DNA from: Bacteroidales bacterium
GTDB taxonomy: Bacteria; Bacteroidota; Bacteroidia; Bacteroidales; UBA7960
Length of the DNA: 45,823 nt
NCBI GenBank assembly: GCA_003555385.1
Contig: PWHO01000023.1
Location: forward strand, 1-45,823
Reading direction: 5' to 3'
This document shows positions 18,399 through 28,375 of the stretch, in pieces. The notes under the pieces were generated by a model. That model saw nothing but the letters and a program-made list of their open reading frames with translations. It was not told the DNA's origin and made no database searches. Each line of letters opens with the position of its first letter. The first letter of the stretch is position 1. Both the position numbers and the translations under genes were made by a program.

Positions 18399-19928
18399 AT
18401 GCAAGAAATGATTTTAATCCTGGATTTTGGTTCCCAGTATACCCAGCTTATTGCAAGGAGGGTCAGGGAGCTGAATGTGTATTGTGAAATACACCCCTAC
18501 AACTATAAACCGGAAGAATGCTCCCAGATTAAGGGAGTTATTTTATCCGGAAGCCCTTTCAGCGTCCGCGACGATGAGGCACTGCGCCCTGACCTTTCGT
18601 GGATTGGTGAAGGAAAACCGCTGCTGGGTGTCTGTTACGGAGCACAGCTCCTTACGGTGATGTATGGGGGAGAGGTTATGGCTTCTTCTTCAAGGGAATA
18701 CGGGCGTGCAATGCTCTCGCATATCGAACCCGGTGAGCCGCTGTTTCGGGACATTGACCTGCACTCCCAGGTATGGATGTCGCATGCAGACACGATCACC
18801 CGTTTGCCTGGGGGCCATCGCCTGCTTGCCCGGACCAATGATATTGGTGTGGCGGCCTTTGGGATGCCGGAGAAAAATACATATGGGCTGCAGTTTCATC
18901 CTGAGGTATATCATACTATCCGGGGGCAGCAATTACTCAGAAATTTTGTGGTGGACATTTGCGGATGTGCGCAGGATTGGACACCTGAGTCATTTGTTCA
19001 GGATGCAGTAAACAAACTGAAAGACAAGATCGGAGGCGATAAAGTGGTGCTTGGGCTGTCCGGCGGTGTTGACTCCAGTGTGGCGGCAGTACTGCTGAAT
19101 CAGGCCATCGGAAAACAGTTGCATTGCATATTTGTGGATAATGGCTTGCTGCGCAAGAATGAATTTGAGGAAGTACTTTCCTCATATAAGGATATGGGGC
19201 TGAATGTACGCGGAGTGAGAGCCGCCGACCATTTCCTTCAGGCCCTGAGAGGAGTGACTGACCCGGAGGTTAAACGTAAGGCAATCGGGCGGGTGTTTAT
19301 TGAAGTTTTTGAAAGGGAAGCTCACAAGATCAAGGATGTGAACTGGCTTGCGCAGGGAACCATTTACCCGGACGTGATCGAGTCGGTTTCTGTGAAAGGA
19401 CCTTCTGTGACCATCAAATCTCACCACAACGTAGGTGGTTTACCTGATCTGATGAATCTGAAGGTTGTGGAACCACTGAACAGCTTGTTTAAAGACGAGG
19501 TAAGGAAAGTCGGCCGCAGCCTTGATATTTCCACTGCAATTCTGGGGAGGCATCCTTTTCCCGGACCCGGGTTGGGTATCCGTATACTGGGTGAGGTGAA
19601 TGCCCAAAAGGTCAGGATTTTGCAGGAAGTGGATCATTTCTTTATTCAGGCCCTGAAAAAGGAGGGGTTGTATGACGATGTCTGGCAGGCGGCAGCAATT
19701 CTTTTGCCCGTGCAGTCGGTTGGAGTGATGGGGGATGAGCGTACTTATGAAAATGCCGTGGTATTAAGGGCGGTCGGCTCTACGGACGGAATGACGGCTG
19801 ACTGGATCCATCTTCCCTATGAGTTTCTTGCCAATGTAAGCAACGCCATTATAAATAATGTAAAGGGTGTGAACCGGGTGGTGTATGACATCAGTTCCAA
19901 ACCACCTGCCACCATTGAATGGGAATAA
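18399..19928 (+). CDS. guaA: GMP synthase (glutamine-hydrolysing)
   Basis: The GATase domain carries LGVCYGAQL with its Cys nucleophile. The ATP-pyrophosphatase P-loop is [10 protein letters not shown]. The C-terminus ends in the conserved PPATIEWE. Confidence 0.97.
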   Translation: MQEMILILDFGSQYTQLIARRVRELNVYCEIHPYNYKPEECSQIKGVILSGSPFSVRDDEALRPDLSWIGEGKPLLGVCYGAQLLTVMYGGEVMASSSREYGRAMLSHIEPGEPLFRDIDLHSQVWMSHADTITRLPGGHRLLARTNDIGVAAFGMPEKNTYGLQFHPEVYHTIRGQQLLRNFVVDICGCAQDWTPESFVQDAVNKLKDKIGGDKVVLGLSGGVDSSVAAVLLNQAIGKQLHCIFVDNGLLRKNEFEEVLSSYKDMGLNVRGVRAADHFLQALRGVTDPEVKRKAIGRVFIEVFEREAHKIKDVNWLAQGTIYPDVIESVSVKGPSVTIKSHHNVGGLPDLMNLKVVEPLNSLFKDEVRKVGRSLDISTAILGRHPFPGPGLGIRILGEVNAQKVRILQEVDHFFIQALKKEGLYDDVWQAAAILLPVQSVGVMGDERTYENAVVLRAVGSTDGMTADWIHLPYEFLANVSNAIINNVKGVNRVVYDISSKPPATIEWE

Positions 19929-19929
19929 T

Positions 19930-22209
19930 ATGACCGCATTGCAATTTTTCTCCCGGAACAGACGTATTTTAAGTAAACCATTTTTTTATATGGTGACGCG
20001 ATTCTTTTTTGCATTGATTGTCATTCTTTGGGTTCATGGAGGGTTGCCTGCTTTGGCGCAGGAGCAGCAGGAAATTCGGGAAAACCAGGGGATTACCAAC
20101 CGTTCGACCACCATCCATATCATTGATGAAAAGCCTTATTATTTGCATGCGGTACTCCAAGGGCAAACGCTTTACTCTATTGCCAGGGCTTATGGTGTAG
20201 AGCAGGATGACATCCTGGAAGAAAACCCCGATGTCAGGTATGGATTGCAGTACAACCAGGTGATTCGTATTCCTGTTGACGAAGAAGATTTTGATGAAGA
20301 GGATGTCAGAAGAACGGAGCCTGTGGAGATCAGGGAGGTAGCTCCGGAGCCCCGGGGCGATTTTACCGAGCACGAAGTGAAGCGGCAGGAAACATTGTTT
20401 GGCCTGTCTCAGCAATATGGCGTGCCCATTGAAGAGATCCTGTTTTATAACCCGCAGGCCCGTGGGGGGCTGCAGGTCGGCCATGTACTCAGGATTCCTG
20501 TAGAAGATCTGCAGGAAGAGCAAGTTGCGGAAGTTGAAGAAGATGTTGATTACCAACTGTATACCGTCTCTTCAGGGGAAACCAAATTCGGAATATCGCA
20601 ACAGTTCGGGTTAACGGTGGAGGCTTTGGAGAGGCTTAACCCGGATATCGGGGAGGGGCTGCAGGCAGGTCAGGAAATCCGGGTGCCAACCGAACCTGTG
20701 GCAGCAGCAGAGCGGGTGCCACAACCTGAAAGGCAAAGCTATATTTTCCTGCCTGCTGATTCGCCCAAGGAGGTTGCACCCCGACCGGATGCATACTGTT
20801 TTGAACCGGAACACAAAGACCATTACCAGGTGGCATTATTGATCCCGCTATTTCTGGAAGAAGTGGATCCGCCCGGAGGATTCCCCTATATGCAAGACCG
20901 CCTGCCGGTTACGGTACCGGATGAACCTATGAATAACAGGCTCAGACACGGTGATTCAGGAACCCGGCGTGCAGGAATTTTGCCGCTCGATCATCCTTCA
21001 TTTGCTTTCCTGAGCTATTATCAGGGTGCACTGCTTGCACTGGATTCTCTTCGTGAACAGGGCATGGATGTGACGCTTCATGTGTATGACGTTTCTGAGC
21101 AATTGCCCAAGGCCAGAAGAGCCACGGACAGCGATGGGTTCCGGGACATGGATCTGATAATCGGGCCGTTCTATGAGCAGACCCTGGATTATATCGCAGC
21201 TTATGGGCGGCGTCATGATATCCCTGTGGTTTCGCCCTTATTGCCCGATAATCAGCATCTGCCCGACATGCCGAACCTTTTTAAGGCCACACCGTCACTG
21301 GAGACCATGCTTTCCGAGGTGGCTAATTATGTGTCTATCAATTATCCCCGGCAGAATATCCTGCTGGTTCACAATAGTCAGCCCGGAGCACAGGAAGTGA
21401 TCAGTGCATTTGAGGATACCCTGTTGCATAAAGTGGCCATGCGCAATCATTTTTATGACAGCCTGCACCTTGCCAGGGTAAACGGGTATTATTTTGATGG
21501 CACATTGGTGGGGAATCGCAGGGTCAGTCAGTTGGTGATGTCGGAAGGGGGAGCCGGACAGATGCCCGGGATGATATCAGGAAAACGTGTGGCCCGGCCA
21601 GATAATGTACAGGAAGTAATTTACCGGCGAGAAGGGATAGAAGGTGTCATGGGGAAAATGAGGCCGGATCAGAAAAATGTGTTGATCACCCTGATTAGTG
21701 GTGAGCCGTTTTTGTCTGACTACCTGCGCCGTTTGCATGAATATCGCCGCGAGTTTGACATATCGGTGTTCGGTATACCTGAATGGGAGGATTATCAAAG
21801 CATAGAAATTGACTATCTGCAAAACCTGAATGTCCATATATTTTCCCCCAACTTTTACGATTACAGGGATCTGCACATACAGGATTTCGTGAAACGTTAC
21901 AGGGGTGTCTATCACACTGAGCCCGATGATGATGCCTTCAAGGGAGCTCAGACTACTTATTTCTTCCTCAATGCGCTGTTTGAATACGGGAAGGACTTCG
22001 ACCGTTGTATGGCGTTATTGAATAACAGGGGTTTTGAGAGCCCGTTCTCTTTTATGCGTCCCTTTGGCACGGGGAATGGCTGGGAGAATACGAATACCAG
22101 CATTTACCGTATCCATAATTATCGCCGGGTGGATGTCAGCCGACCTATTGAAATTTTTACCGGAGAAGTTTCGGATGAAAACGAAGAAGGAGTCAGCGAA
22201 GATCAATGA
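19930..22209 (+). CDS. Secreted protein with three LysM domains fused to a periplasmic-binding-protein (type 1 PBP)-like domain
   Basis: Three LysM repeats lie at about nt 20137-20688 (YYLHAVLQGQTLYSIARAYGV..., HEVKRQETLFGLSQQYGV..., YTVSSGETKFGISQQFGL...). The remaining ~480 aa resemble PBP/LivK-like proteins annotated in Bacteroidota. The track start at 19885 overlaps guaA by 44 nt, so I prefer the ATG at 19930 (or 19990, just before the signal peptide). Confidence 0.7.
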   Translation: MTALQFFSRNRRILSKPFFYMVTRFFFALIVILWVHGGLPALAQEQQEIRENQGITNRSTTIHIIDEKPYYLHAVLQGQTLYSIARAYGVEQDDILEENPDVRYGLQYNQVIRIPVDEEDFDEEDVRRTEPVEIREVAPEPRGDFTEHEVKRQETLFGLSQQYGVPIEEILFYNPQARGGLQVGHVLRIPVEDLQEEQVAEVEEDVDYQLYTVSSGETKFGISQQFGLTVEALERLNPDIGEGLQAGQEIRVPTEPVAAAERVPQPERQSYIFLPADSPKEVAPRPDAYCFEPEHKDHYQVALLIPLFLEEVDPPGGFPYMQDRLPVTVPDEPMNNRLRHGDSGTRRAGILPLDHPSFAFLSYYQGALLALDSLREQGMDVTLHVYDVSEQLPKARRATDSDGFRDMDLIIGPFYEQTLDYIAAYGRRHDIPVVSPLLPDNQHLPDMPNLFKATPSLETMLSEVANYVSINYPRQNILLVHNSQPGAQEVISAFEDTLLHKVAMRNHFYDSLHLARVNGYYFDGTLVGNRRVSQLVMSEGGAGQMPGMISGKRVARPDNVQEVIYRREGIEGVMGKMRPDQKNVLITLISGEPFLSDYLRRLHEYRREFDISVFGIPEWEDYQSIEIDYLQNLNVHIFSPNFYDYRDLHIQDFVKRYRGVYHTEPDDDAFKGAQTTYFFLNALFEYGKDFDRCMALLNNRGFESPFSFMRPFGTGNGWENTNTSIYRIHNYRRVDVSRPIEIFTGEVSDENEEGVSEDQ

Positions 22210-22846
22210 CCTCAATTTCCGGATATGCTGAGGGATCAAAAGAAAAGATTCCATCCGGAATGTCAGGGTTTGGTTCCAGTGCTTCTATATTGTAACGGTA
22301 GATCCCCCCGTGCCTGTCGTGGGCCTGGGTGTATTCAAGCCGATGGTTTTCCATATTGATGGCAACCCTGTATTTGTAGAAAGCCTGTGGCTGTTGGGGC
22401 ATCATGTCAATAATGTGCACGCTTTGATTGTTATAGGGTTCTTCCCTGAGCCAGGTTGAACGAAATTCTTCCCTGAAGTTGTCGAGTACGGAAGTGGGGG
22501 TCATGGCGCCTTCCGTATCTTCCGCCAGGCTGATGTGTACTTCATTGACCTCTTCCATGAATGTCCAGACCACTTCGCCGTCAGAAATAAAATAATTGTC
22601 ACCTATGCGCATATGATACTGATCTCCCCTGGTGTACAATATGGCATCCATTTGCTCTTCGTATCCACTTTCCCCGTCCTCCATCTGATATACAAATGAA
22701 GCATAGAGAGATTCATAACTCCTGAGAACCCTGCCGGCTTCCTCCAGGATCTCCTCTGCCTTTTCTTCATACATCCTGGGAGCATCGTCCTGGTTCTGAG
22801 CTGAAGCCAGCTGGATGCAAAGAATGAAACAAATAAATGCGATCAT
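22193..22846 (-). CDS. lolA: LolA-like outer-membrane lipoprotein carrier protein
   Basis: The ORF is 217 aa with the signal peptide MIAFICFILCIQLASAQ and a beta-rich body. It sits immediately downstream of ftsK, a conserved ftsK-lolA arrangement. I recognise no strong motif. Confidence 0.5.
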   Translation of the reverse strand: MIAFICFILCIQLASAQNQDDAPRMYEEKAEEILEEAGRVLRSYESLYASFVYQMEDGESGYEEQMDAILYTRGDQYHMRIGDNYFISDGEVVWTFMEEVNEVHISLAEDTEGAMTPTSVLDNFREEFRSTWLREEPYNNQSVHIIDMMPQQPQAFYKYRVAINMENHRLEYTQAHDRHGGIYRYNIEALEPNPDIPDGIFSFDPSAYPEIEVIDLR

Positions 22847-22861
22847 GTTTTTGTGTTTTTG

Positions 22862-25435
22862 TTACTCGTTCTGCAGAATTTCCTCCAGACGCATTTCGTC
22901 CTTGACCCGCACTTCCCTGGCTTTGCTCCCTTCAAACGGGCCGACAATACCTGCTGCTTCAAGCTGATCAATAATCCTGCCAGCCCTGTTATAGCCGAGT
23001 TTTAATTTCCGCTGAATTAAGGAGGTGGATCCCTGCTGGGTGGAAACCACAATACGGGCGGCATCTTCAAACAATTCGTCCCGTTCCGATGGGTCTCCCG
23101 CTTCCTGCTCCGATGCCTCATCCTCGTGATATTCGGGTAGGTGGAAGGCATCGGGGTAGGCTCTTTGTGATCCGATGAACTCGCAGATGCGTTCAATTTC
23201 CGGGGTGTCAATAAAAGCACATTGTAACCGGAGCAGATCACTTCCTGTGGAGAGCAGCATATCTCCCCGGCCGATCAGTTGATCTGCACCTCCGCTGTCG
23301 AGAATGGTGCGGGAATCAATCTTTGAAGTGACGCGGAAGGCGATCCTTGCCGGGAAATTGGCCTTGATGGTTCCGGTAATGATATTTACCGACGGCCGCT
23401 GGGTAGCAATGATCAGGTGGATGCCCACTGCACGCGCGAGCTGAGCCAGGCGGGCTATCGGTAGCTCTATTTCTTTTCCGGCTGTCATGATCAGGTCGGC
23501 AAATTCATCAATAAACAAAACAATATATGGCAGAAAGCGATGCCCCATATTGGGGTTGAGCCGCCTGGCCACAAATTTTGCATTGTATTCTTTGACATTT
23601 CTTGCCTGGGCATCTTTCAGCAGGTCATAGCGGTTGTCCATCTCTACGCACAGAGAATTGATGGTTCTCACCACCTGCCGGGTTTCTGTAACGATGGCCT
23701 CTTCCGCATCCGGAAGCTTGGCAAGAAAGTGTCTTTCAATTTTGGAAAAAAGGTTCAGTTCCACTTTTTTGGGATCGACCAGAACAAACTTTACATATGC
23801 CGGGTGTTTCTTGTAAAGGATCGATGCCAGTATGGCATTCAGTCCAACAGACTTGCCTTGCCCGGTTGATCCCGCCATGAGAAGATGGGGCATTTTTGTG
23901 AGGTCGGCAATGAAGGTTTCATTGGCAATGGTTTTGCCCAGACCAATGGGTAGCTCGTAAGAAGAATTGCGGAAACGATCGCTGCCCAGTACTGATTTCA
24001 TGGACACAATCTCCGGCTGACTGTTCGGTACCTCAATGCCGATGGTGCCTTTTCCGGGAATGGGGGCAATGATCCGAATCCCCAATGCGGCCAGGCTCAG
24101 GGCAATGTCATTTTCCAGGTTTCTGATTCTGGAAATGCGTACGCCGGGGGCGGGAATAATCTCATACAGGGTAACTGTGGGGCCAACGGTAGCCTTGATT
24201 TTATCGATGCTTATGCTGTAATTGTTAAGTGTTTCAATGATCCGGTTTTTGTTGGCCTCCAGCTCATCTTTGTTTATTTGTATTGTTCCGCTTCCCCTGT
24301 CGTCGAGCAGGCGAAGTTCAGGCAGGCGGTATTTTGGCAAATCCAGTGTAGGATCATATTCGCCAAGGTGAGAAAGGTCTGGTGTCTCATCTCCGTCACC
24401 GGAAAAAGGATCCTCGATTGACTGATAGTTGTTGCCAGTGATCTTTCCGTCAGCAATTTCAATTTCCAGTTCCGGATCCCCGGCGGGTTTCCCTTCTTTG
24501 TCATTTTTAGTGCCTTCAGTATCGGGGAGCCCGGCATCAAGTTCGATGTCGGAAACAGGGTCTTTTTCAACACCACCATCGGAAATCTCATCTTCATTTG
24601 CCTGATCTGACACAGAGTCAGGTTGGGTGTTGGGTTCCTCTTTTGGCTGATCAGGATCCTGATCGGCTTCAAGGGGGGCTGCAACTGTTTCCTGGTTCCA
24701 CGAATCAGCCGGATCAGCCGGAGTTTCGCGTTCCTGTTTTCCCCGGAAAAGACCGGCCAGAAAAAGCCCGGCATTTTTGAAACTGGGATCAAATACGATA
24801 ATGACCCATGCCCCGGCAGCAAAGAATAATAAAATAGCTGTTCCGGCTTTTCCCAGTAATCCATTCAGCCACAATGCCCCTTCATAGCCAAATATTCCGC
24901 CGAGTATCAGCAAGTCTCCGGTGCCAATAAGATAGCCAAAGAAGACAGAAACCCATACAAGGATAAAAAGTGCATTGGCAATGGTTCGTTTTAACGGGAG
25001 TAAACGAAAGTCGGTTAAAACTCGTATGCCTGATACAAACAGGATCAGCACAAAAGCGAAAGATGCGATACCGAACCCCTGTTTGATAAAGAAATGTGCA
25101 AGTATGGCACCGATTCGTCCCATCATATTCTCCACATCAATCGCAGAGTCTGTCAGTAAAGACCAGTTGAAGGTTCTTCCGTCCAGCATTGCGTCATCAG
25201 CCTTCCAGCTGAACAGATAAGAGACGAAGGCCAGCAGCAAAAAGACGGAGAGCAATACCAGAAACAGCCCGCCGGCTTTGCGGACCCGGCTGTTTGCGGA
25301 GAAACTTTCAGGGCCTGACCACACCTTCTTCCTGCCTTTATTGCCTGCCGGGGATTTGCCGGGCGACTTAAACGTATTCTTCTTAAATGTATTGTTGCTG
25401 GAAGTCATTCCCGTGGCGTTAAGTTGAAAACTCAC
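22862..25435 (-). CDS. ftsK: DNA translocase FtsK/SpoIIIE
   Basis: There are N-terminal TM helices and an acidic, Pro-rich linker. Walker A is GSTGQGKS and Walker B is FIDEFADL. The gamma winged-helix is STSLIQRKLKLGYNRAGRIIDQLEAAGIVG. The track start is GTG, and the first ATG is at 25408. Confidence 0.93.
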   Translation of the reverse strand: MSFQLNATGMTSSNNTFKKNTFKSPGKSPAGNKGRKKVWSGPESFSANSRVRKAGGLFLVLLSVFLLLAFVSYLFSWKADDAMLDGRTFNWSLLTDSAIDVENMMGRIGAILAHFFIKQGFGIASFAFVLILFVSGIRVLTDFRLLPLKRTIANALFILVWVSVFFGYLIGTGDLLILGGIFGYEGALWLNGLLGKAGTAILLFFAAGAWVIIVFDPSFKNAGLFLAGLFRGKQERETPADPADSWNQETVAAPLEADQDPDQPKEEPNTQPDSVSDQANEDEISDGGVEKDPVSDIELDAGLPDTEGTKNDKEGKPAGDPELEIEIADGKITGNNYQSIEDPFSGDGDETPDLSHLGEYDPTLDLPKYRLPELRLLDDRGSGTIQINKDELEANKNRIIETLNNYSISIDKIKATVGPTVTLYEIIPAPGVRISRIRNLENDIALSLAALGIRIIAPIPGKGTIGIEVPNSQPEIVSMKSVLGSDRFRNSSYELPIGLGKTIANETFIADLTKMPHLLMAGSTGQGKSVGLNAILASILYKKHPAYVKFVLVDPKKVELNLFSKIERHFLAKLPDAEEAIVTETRQVVRTINSLCVEMDNRYDLLKDAQARNVKEYNAKFVARRLNPNMGHRFLPYIVLFIDEFADLIMTAGKEIELPIARLAQLARAVGIHLIIATQRPSVNIITGTIKANFPARIAFRVTSKIDSRTILDSGGADQLIGRGDMLLSTGSDLLRLQCAFIDTPEIERICEFIGSQRAYPDAFHLPEYHEDEASEQEAGDPSERDELFEDAARIVVSTQQGSTSLIQRKLKLGYNRAGRIIDQLEAAGIVGPFEGSKAREVRVKDEMRLEEILQNE

Positions 25436-25455
25436 AAAGTTAAGAAAAACGTGAT

Positions 25456-26853
25456 TTAAAACCCGAGGGTTTTCAACATCGATTTATAACTCTGTTCCTT
25501 GGCAAACAACTTGGTGTGATATTCACCTTCTTCGTTACGGTCAATAATGACCATTTTCGGGGCAGGGATCAGGCAATGCTGAAGCCCGCCGAATCCGCCC
25601 AGGGTTTCCTGGTAGGCACCCGTATGGAACATCCCGATATACTGGGTGCTGTCTTTTCTCAGCTTTGGCAGAAAGACTGCATTTGCATGGGATTCTGCGT
25701 TATAATAATCCATGCTGTCGCACGTCAGCCCCCCCAGGTTCACCCTTTCATATTCCTTGTCCCAGTTGTTCAGTGCCAGCAAAATAAAACGCTGTTTGCT
25801 GGCCCAGATGTCGGGAAGTGTGGTCATGAAACTGCTGTCGATCATATTCCACAACTCACGGTCATTTTGTTGTTTCTGATTGAGAATTGAATAGATGACA
25901 GCCCCGCTTTCCCCCACGGTAAATGCCCCAAACTCGGTAAAAATATCGGGTTCTGGCACGTTGTGCTGCTCACAGATCAATTTGATCTGGCCGATGATCT
26001 CCTCGGTCATGTATTCATAATCGTATTCAAACCCGAGTGAATTTTTAACGGGAAATCCACCGCCAATATTCAGACTGTCCAGTTCAGGGCAGATCTTTTT
26101 AAGCTGGCAATATACATTTACACATTTTGAAAGCTCGTTCCAGTAATATGCATTGTCTTTGATTCCGGTGTTAATGAAGAAATGAAGCATTTTCAGCCCG
26201 AATCGGCGGTCATTCTGAATATGTGTCTTGTAATAGGGCACAATATCCTTGTACCGGATCCCCAGCCTTGAAGTGTAGAACTCGAACTTGGGCTCTTCCT
26301 CGGCAGCTATACGGATTCCGAGATTACATTGCCTGTCGTTCCGGATGAGCTCGTTATAATCTTTGATCTCGTCCTTGTTGTCAATTACCGGAATGGTGTT
26401 TTCAAAACCGTTATTGATCAGGTCACTGACCTTTTCTGTATATAAGGGGCGTTTATACCCATTGCAGACCACATACCGGGATTTGTCAATAAGCCCCATT
26501 CTGAGTAATTCCTCCACAATGAAAATATCAAAAGCGGACGAAGTTTCTATATGTATATCGTTCTTCAGTGCCTCTTCAAGTACGAAAGTGAAATGCGAAC
26601 TTTTTGTACAGTAACAATAATGGTATTCTCCGTTGTAGTCTACCCTGGCCATTGCCACATTGAACATCCGCTTTGCTTTTTGTATTTGCTGACTTATCTT
26701 AGGTAAATAGCTGATCTTTAATGGAGTTCCATATTGTTTTACCAGGTCCATCATGCACAGGTCATGAAAATACAGCTCATTGTCAATAACTTTGAACTCT
26801 TCCTGGGGAAAGTCAAAGGTTTGTTCGATCAAGTCGATGTATTTGTTCTTCAT
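25456..26853 (-). CDS. Arginine decarboxylase-like PLP enzyme (Orn/DAP/Arg decarboxylase family 2, alanine-racemase fold)
   Basis: The N-terminus MKNKYIDLIEQTFDFPQEEF...YGTPLKISYLPKI resembles the ~465-aa Bacteroidota arginine decarboxylases. NIGGGFP (PLP phosphate loop) and GGLTCDSMD are also present. The ATG at 26853 is preferred over the track GTG at 26859. Confidence 0.7.
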   Translation of the reverse strand: MKNKYIDLIEQTFDFPQEEFKVIDNELYFHDLCMMDLVKQYGTPLKISYLPKISQQIQKAKRMFNVAMARVDYNGEYHYCYCTKSSHFTFVLEEALKNDIHIETSSAFDIFIVEELLRMGLIDKSRYVVCNGYKRPLYTEKVSDLINNGFENTIPVIDNKDEIKDYNELIRNDRQCNLGIRIAAEEEPKFEFYTSRLGIRYKDIVPYYKTHIQNDRRFGLKMLHFFINTGIKDNAYYWNELSKCVNVYCQLKKICPELDSLNIGGGFPVKNSLGFEYDYEYMTEEIIGQIKLICEQHNVPEPDIFTEFGAFTVGESGAVIYSILNQKQQNDRELWNMIDSSFMTTLPDIWASKQRFILLALNNWDKEYERVNLGGLTCDSMDYYNAESHANAVFLPKLRKDSTQYIGMFHTGAYQETLGGFGGLQHCLIPAPKMVIIDRNEEGEYHTKLFAKEQSYKSMLKTLGF

Positions 26854-26871
26854 CAGCACCGGAGTTTTGTT

Positions 26872-28365
26872 TTACCGTATGATCCTCATGCTTTTATTGA
26901 ATCTTATGTTGTTGGGGAATCCCTTGTTTGGATCCAGAGATAACCACACAAACATGGCCCTTCCGACAATATGGTCTTCGGGAACGAATCCCCAGTATCT
27001 CGAATCGGCAGAATTGTGGCGATTGTCTCCGACCATCCAGTAGTAATCCATTTCAAAAGTATAGGTGTCAGTTTCCTCTCCGTTAATCAGGATGCGGTTG
27101 TTGTCGGTAATCAGTTCATTGCCTTCATACACCGTGATAATTCTCTCGTAGAACGGTAAATTGTCCGGGTTAATTGTAACGGTAGCTCCTTTCTCCGGAA
27201 TGTAAAGCGGCCCGAAATTGTCTTCATTCCAGGGAAATGCATCATCATGCGGGAAAATATGTCTTTCGCCGTGACCGGCCGGCCGGCTTACTTTGGTCAC
27301 CGATTCCACGCCTCCTGCCCTTTGTATTTCCCTGGCATTTTCTTCGGTCATGGCCAGGATGTATATGTCTTGTGCTTCCTGACCCCAGTCTGTGATATCC
27401 AGTCTGTCTATAAGTCGGGCTGAGAGCCTGGTCCCGTCGGTTACCACCCTGTAATTATGCTGTACATCCGGCGGATCGGGCAGGGGTTCGTTGTTGATGT
27501 ACAGATTGCCTTTACGGATGGCAAAAGTATCACCGGGAATGGCTACACATCGTTTAATGTAGTTTTCCCTTTTGTCGACGGGTCGGTGTGTGACATCAAA
27601 ACGGTCCCGGACTGCATCGCGGCCCATTTCCCGGACAAGTGAATAATAACTCTGGTTCTGTAGTTGCAGGGCTACGGTATCTCCCTCCGGATAATTAAAA
27701 ACCACCACATCATTGTTGCTGATTGAACGTATCCCCGGGTAACGGTAGTGGGGGAGCTGTATCCACTCCAGATAAGACCTGGTATATTCAGTGAGTGGCA
27801 TTGTATGATGGGTGAAAGGGAATGCAATGGGGGTCCGGGGGATCTTGGGTCCGTAGCTCAGTTTGCTTACAAAAAGATAGTCACCGACAAGCATGGATTT
27901 TTCCATGGATGAGGTCGGTATGGTGTAGGCCTCCAGCATGAATGTGCGTATGATGGTGGCAGCAATTACCGCAAAAATGATGGCATCTGCCCATTCACGG
28001 GCTGCTGACTTTTTAATTGCCGGGAGTTGGGAAGGATGTGTATACTCCTCATTCTTTGCGAATCCCAGGTAGGGCAGGAAAAGAAAAGGGAACAATACGC
28101 CGAGTGCCTGTTCTCCCAACCCGTTTTTCCTGAAACACTTCAGGGTCTCCACCACCATCAGTAAAAGGGTGAATACATTGATAAACGGAAGAAGCACAAA
28201 AATCAACCACCACACCGGCTTGTCAATCACCTTGAGCCAGATATAAGCATTGTACAGGGGTACGATTGCTTCCCAGCCACTGTAACCTGCTTTCCGGAAT
28301 ATTTTCCACAGCCCTGCCAGGGATGCAAGAATAAAAATCAGGGTCACTATCATGTACATGCTCAT
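26872..28365 (-). CDS. lepB: Signal peptidase I (S26) with an N-terminal multi-TM DUF5684-like module
   Basis: IPTSSMEKSM carries the Ser nucleophile and YIKRCVAIPGD the Lys. GDNRHNSADSRYWGFVPEDHIVGRA is also present. The N-terminal ~105 aa read GYSGWEAIVPLYNAYIWLKVIDKPVWWLIFVLLPFINVF. Confidence 0.9.
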   Translation of the reverse strand: MSMYMIVTLIFILASLAGLWKIFRKAGYSGWEAIVPLYNAYIWLKVIDKPVWWLIFVLLPFINVFTLLLMVVETLKCFRKNGLGEQALGVLFPFLFLPYLGFAKNEEYTHPSQLPAIKKSAAREWADAIIFAVIAATIIRTFMLEAYTIPTSSMEKSMLVGDYLFVSKLSYGPKIPRTPIAFPFTHHTMPLTEYTRSYLEWIQLPHYRYPGIRSISNNDVVVFNYPEGDTVALQLQNQSYYSLVREMGRDAVRDRFDVTHRPVDKRENYIKRCVAIPGDTFAIRKGNLYINNEPLPDPPDVQHNYRVVTDGTRLSARLIDRLDITDWGQEAQDIYILAMTEENAREIQRAGGVESVTKVSRPAGHGERHIFPHDDAFPWNEDNFGPLYIPEKGATVTINPDNLPFYERIITVYEGNELITDNNRILINGEETDTYTFEMDYYWMVGDNRHNSADSRYWGFVPEDHIVGRAMFVWLSLDPNKGFPNNIRFNKSMRIIR

Positions 28366-28375
28366 GGCAATGTGT

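Noticed and set aside
19969-20556. 195-aa minus-strand ORF
   Set aside because: It is antisense to the LysM repeat region. The LysM repeats on the plus strand are unambiguous.
24274-24864. 196-aa ORF on the same strand as ftsK but in another frame
   Set aside because: It lies in the compositionally biased acidic, Pro-rich linker of FtsK. The FtsK frame is continuous through it and is flanked by conserved domains. There is no evidence for an overlapping gene or a frameshift.
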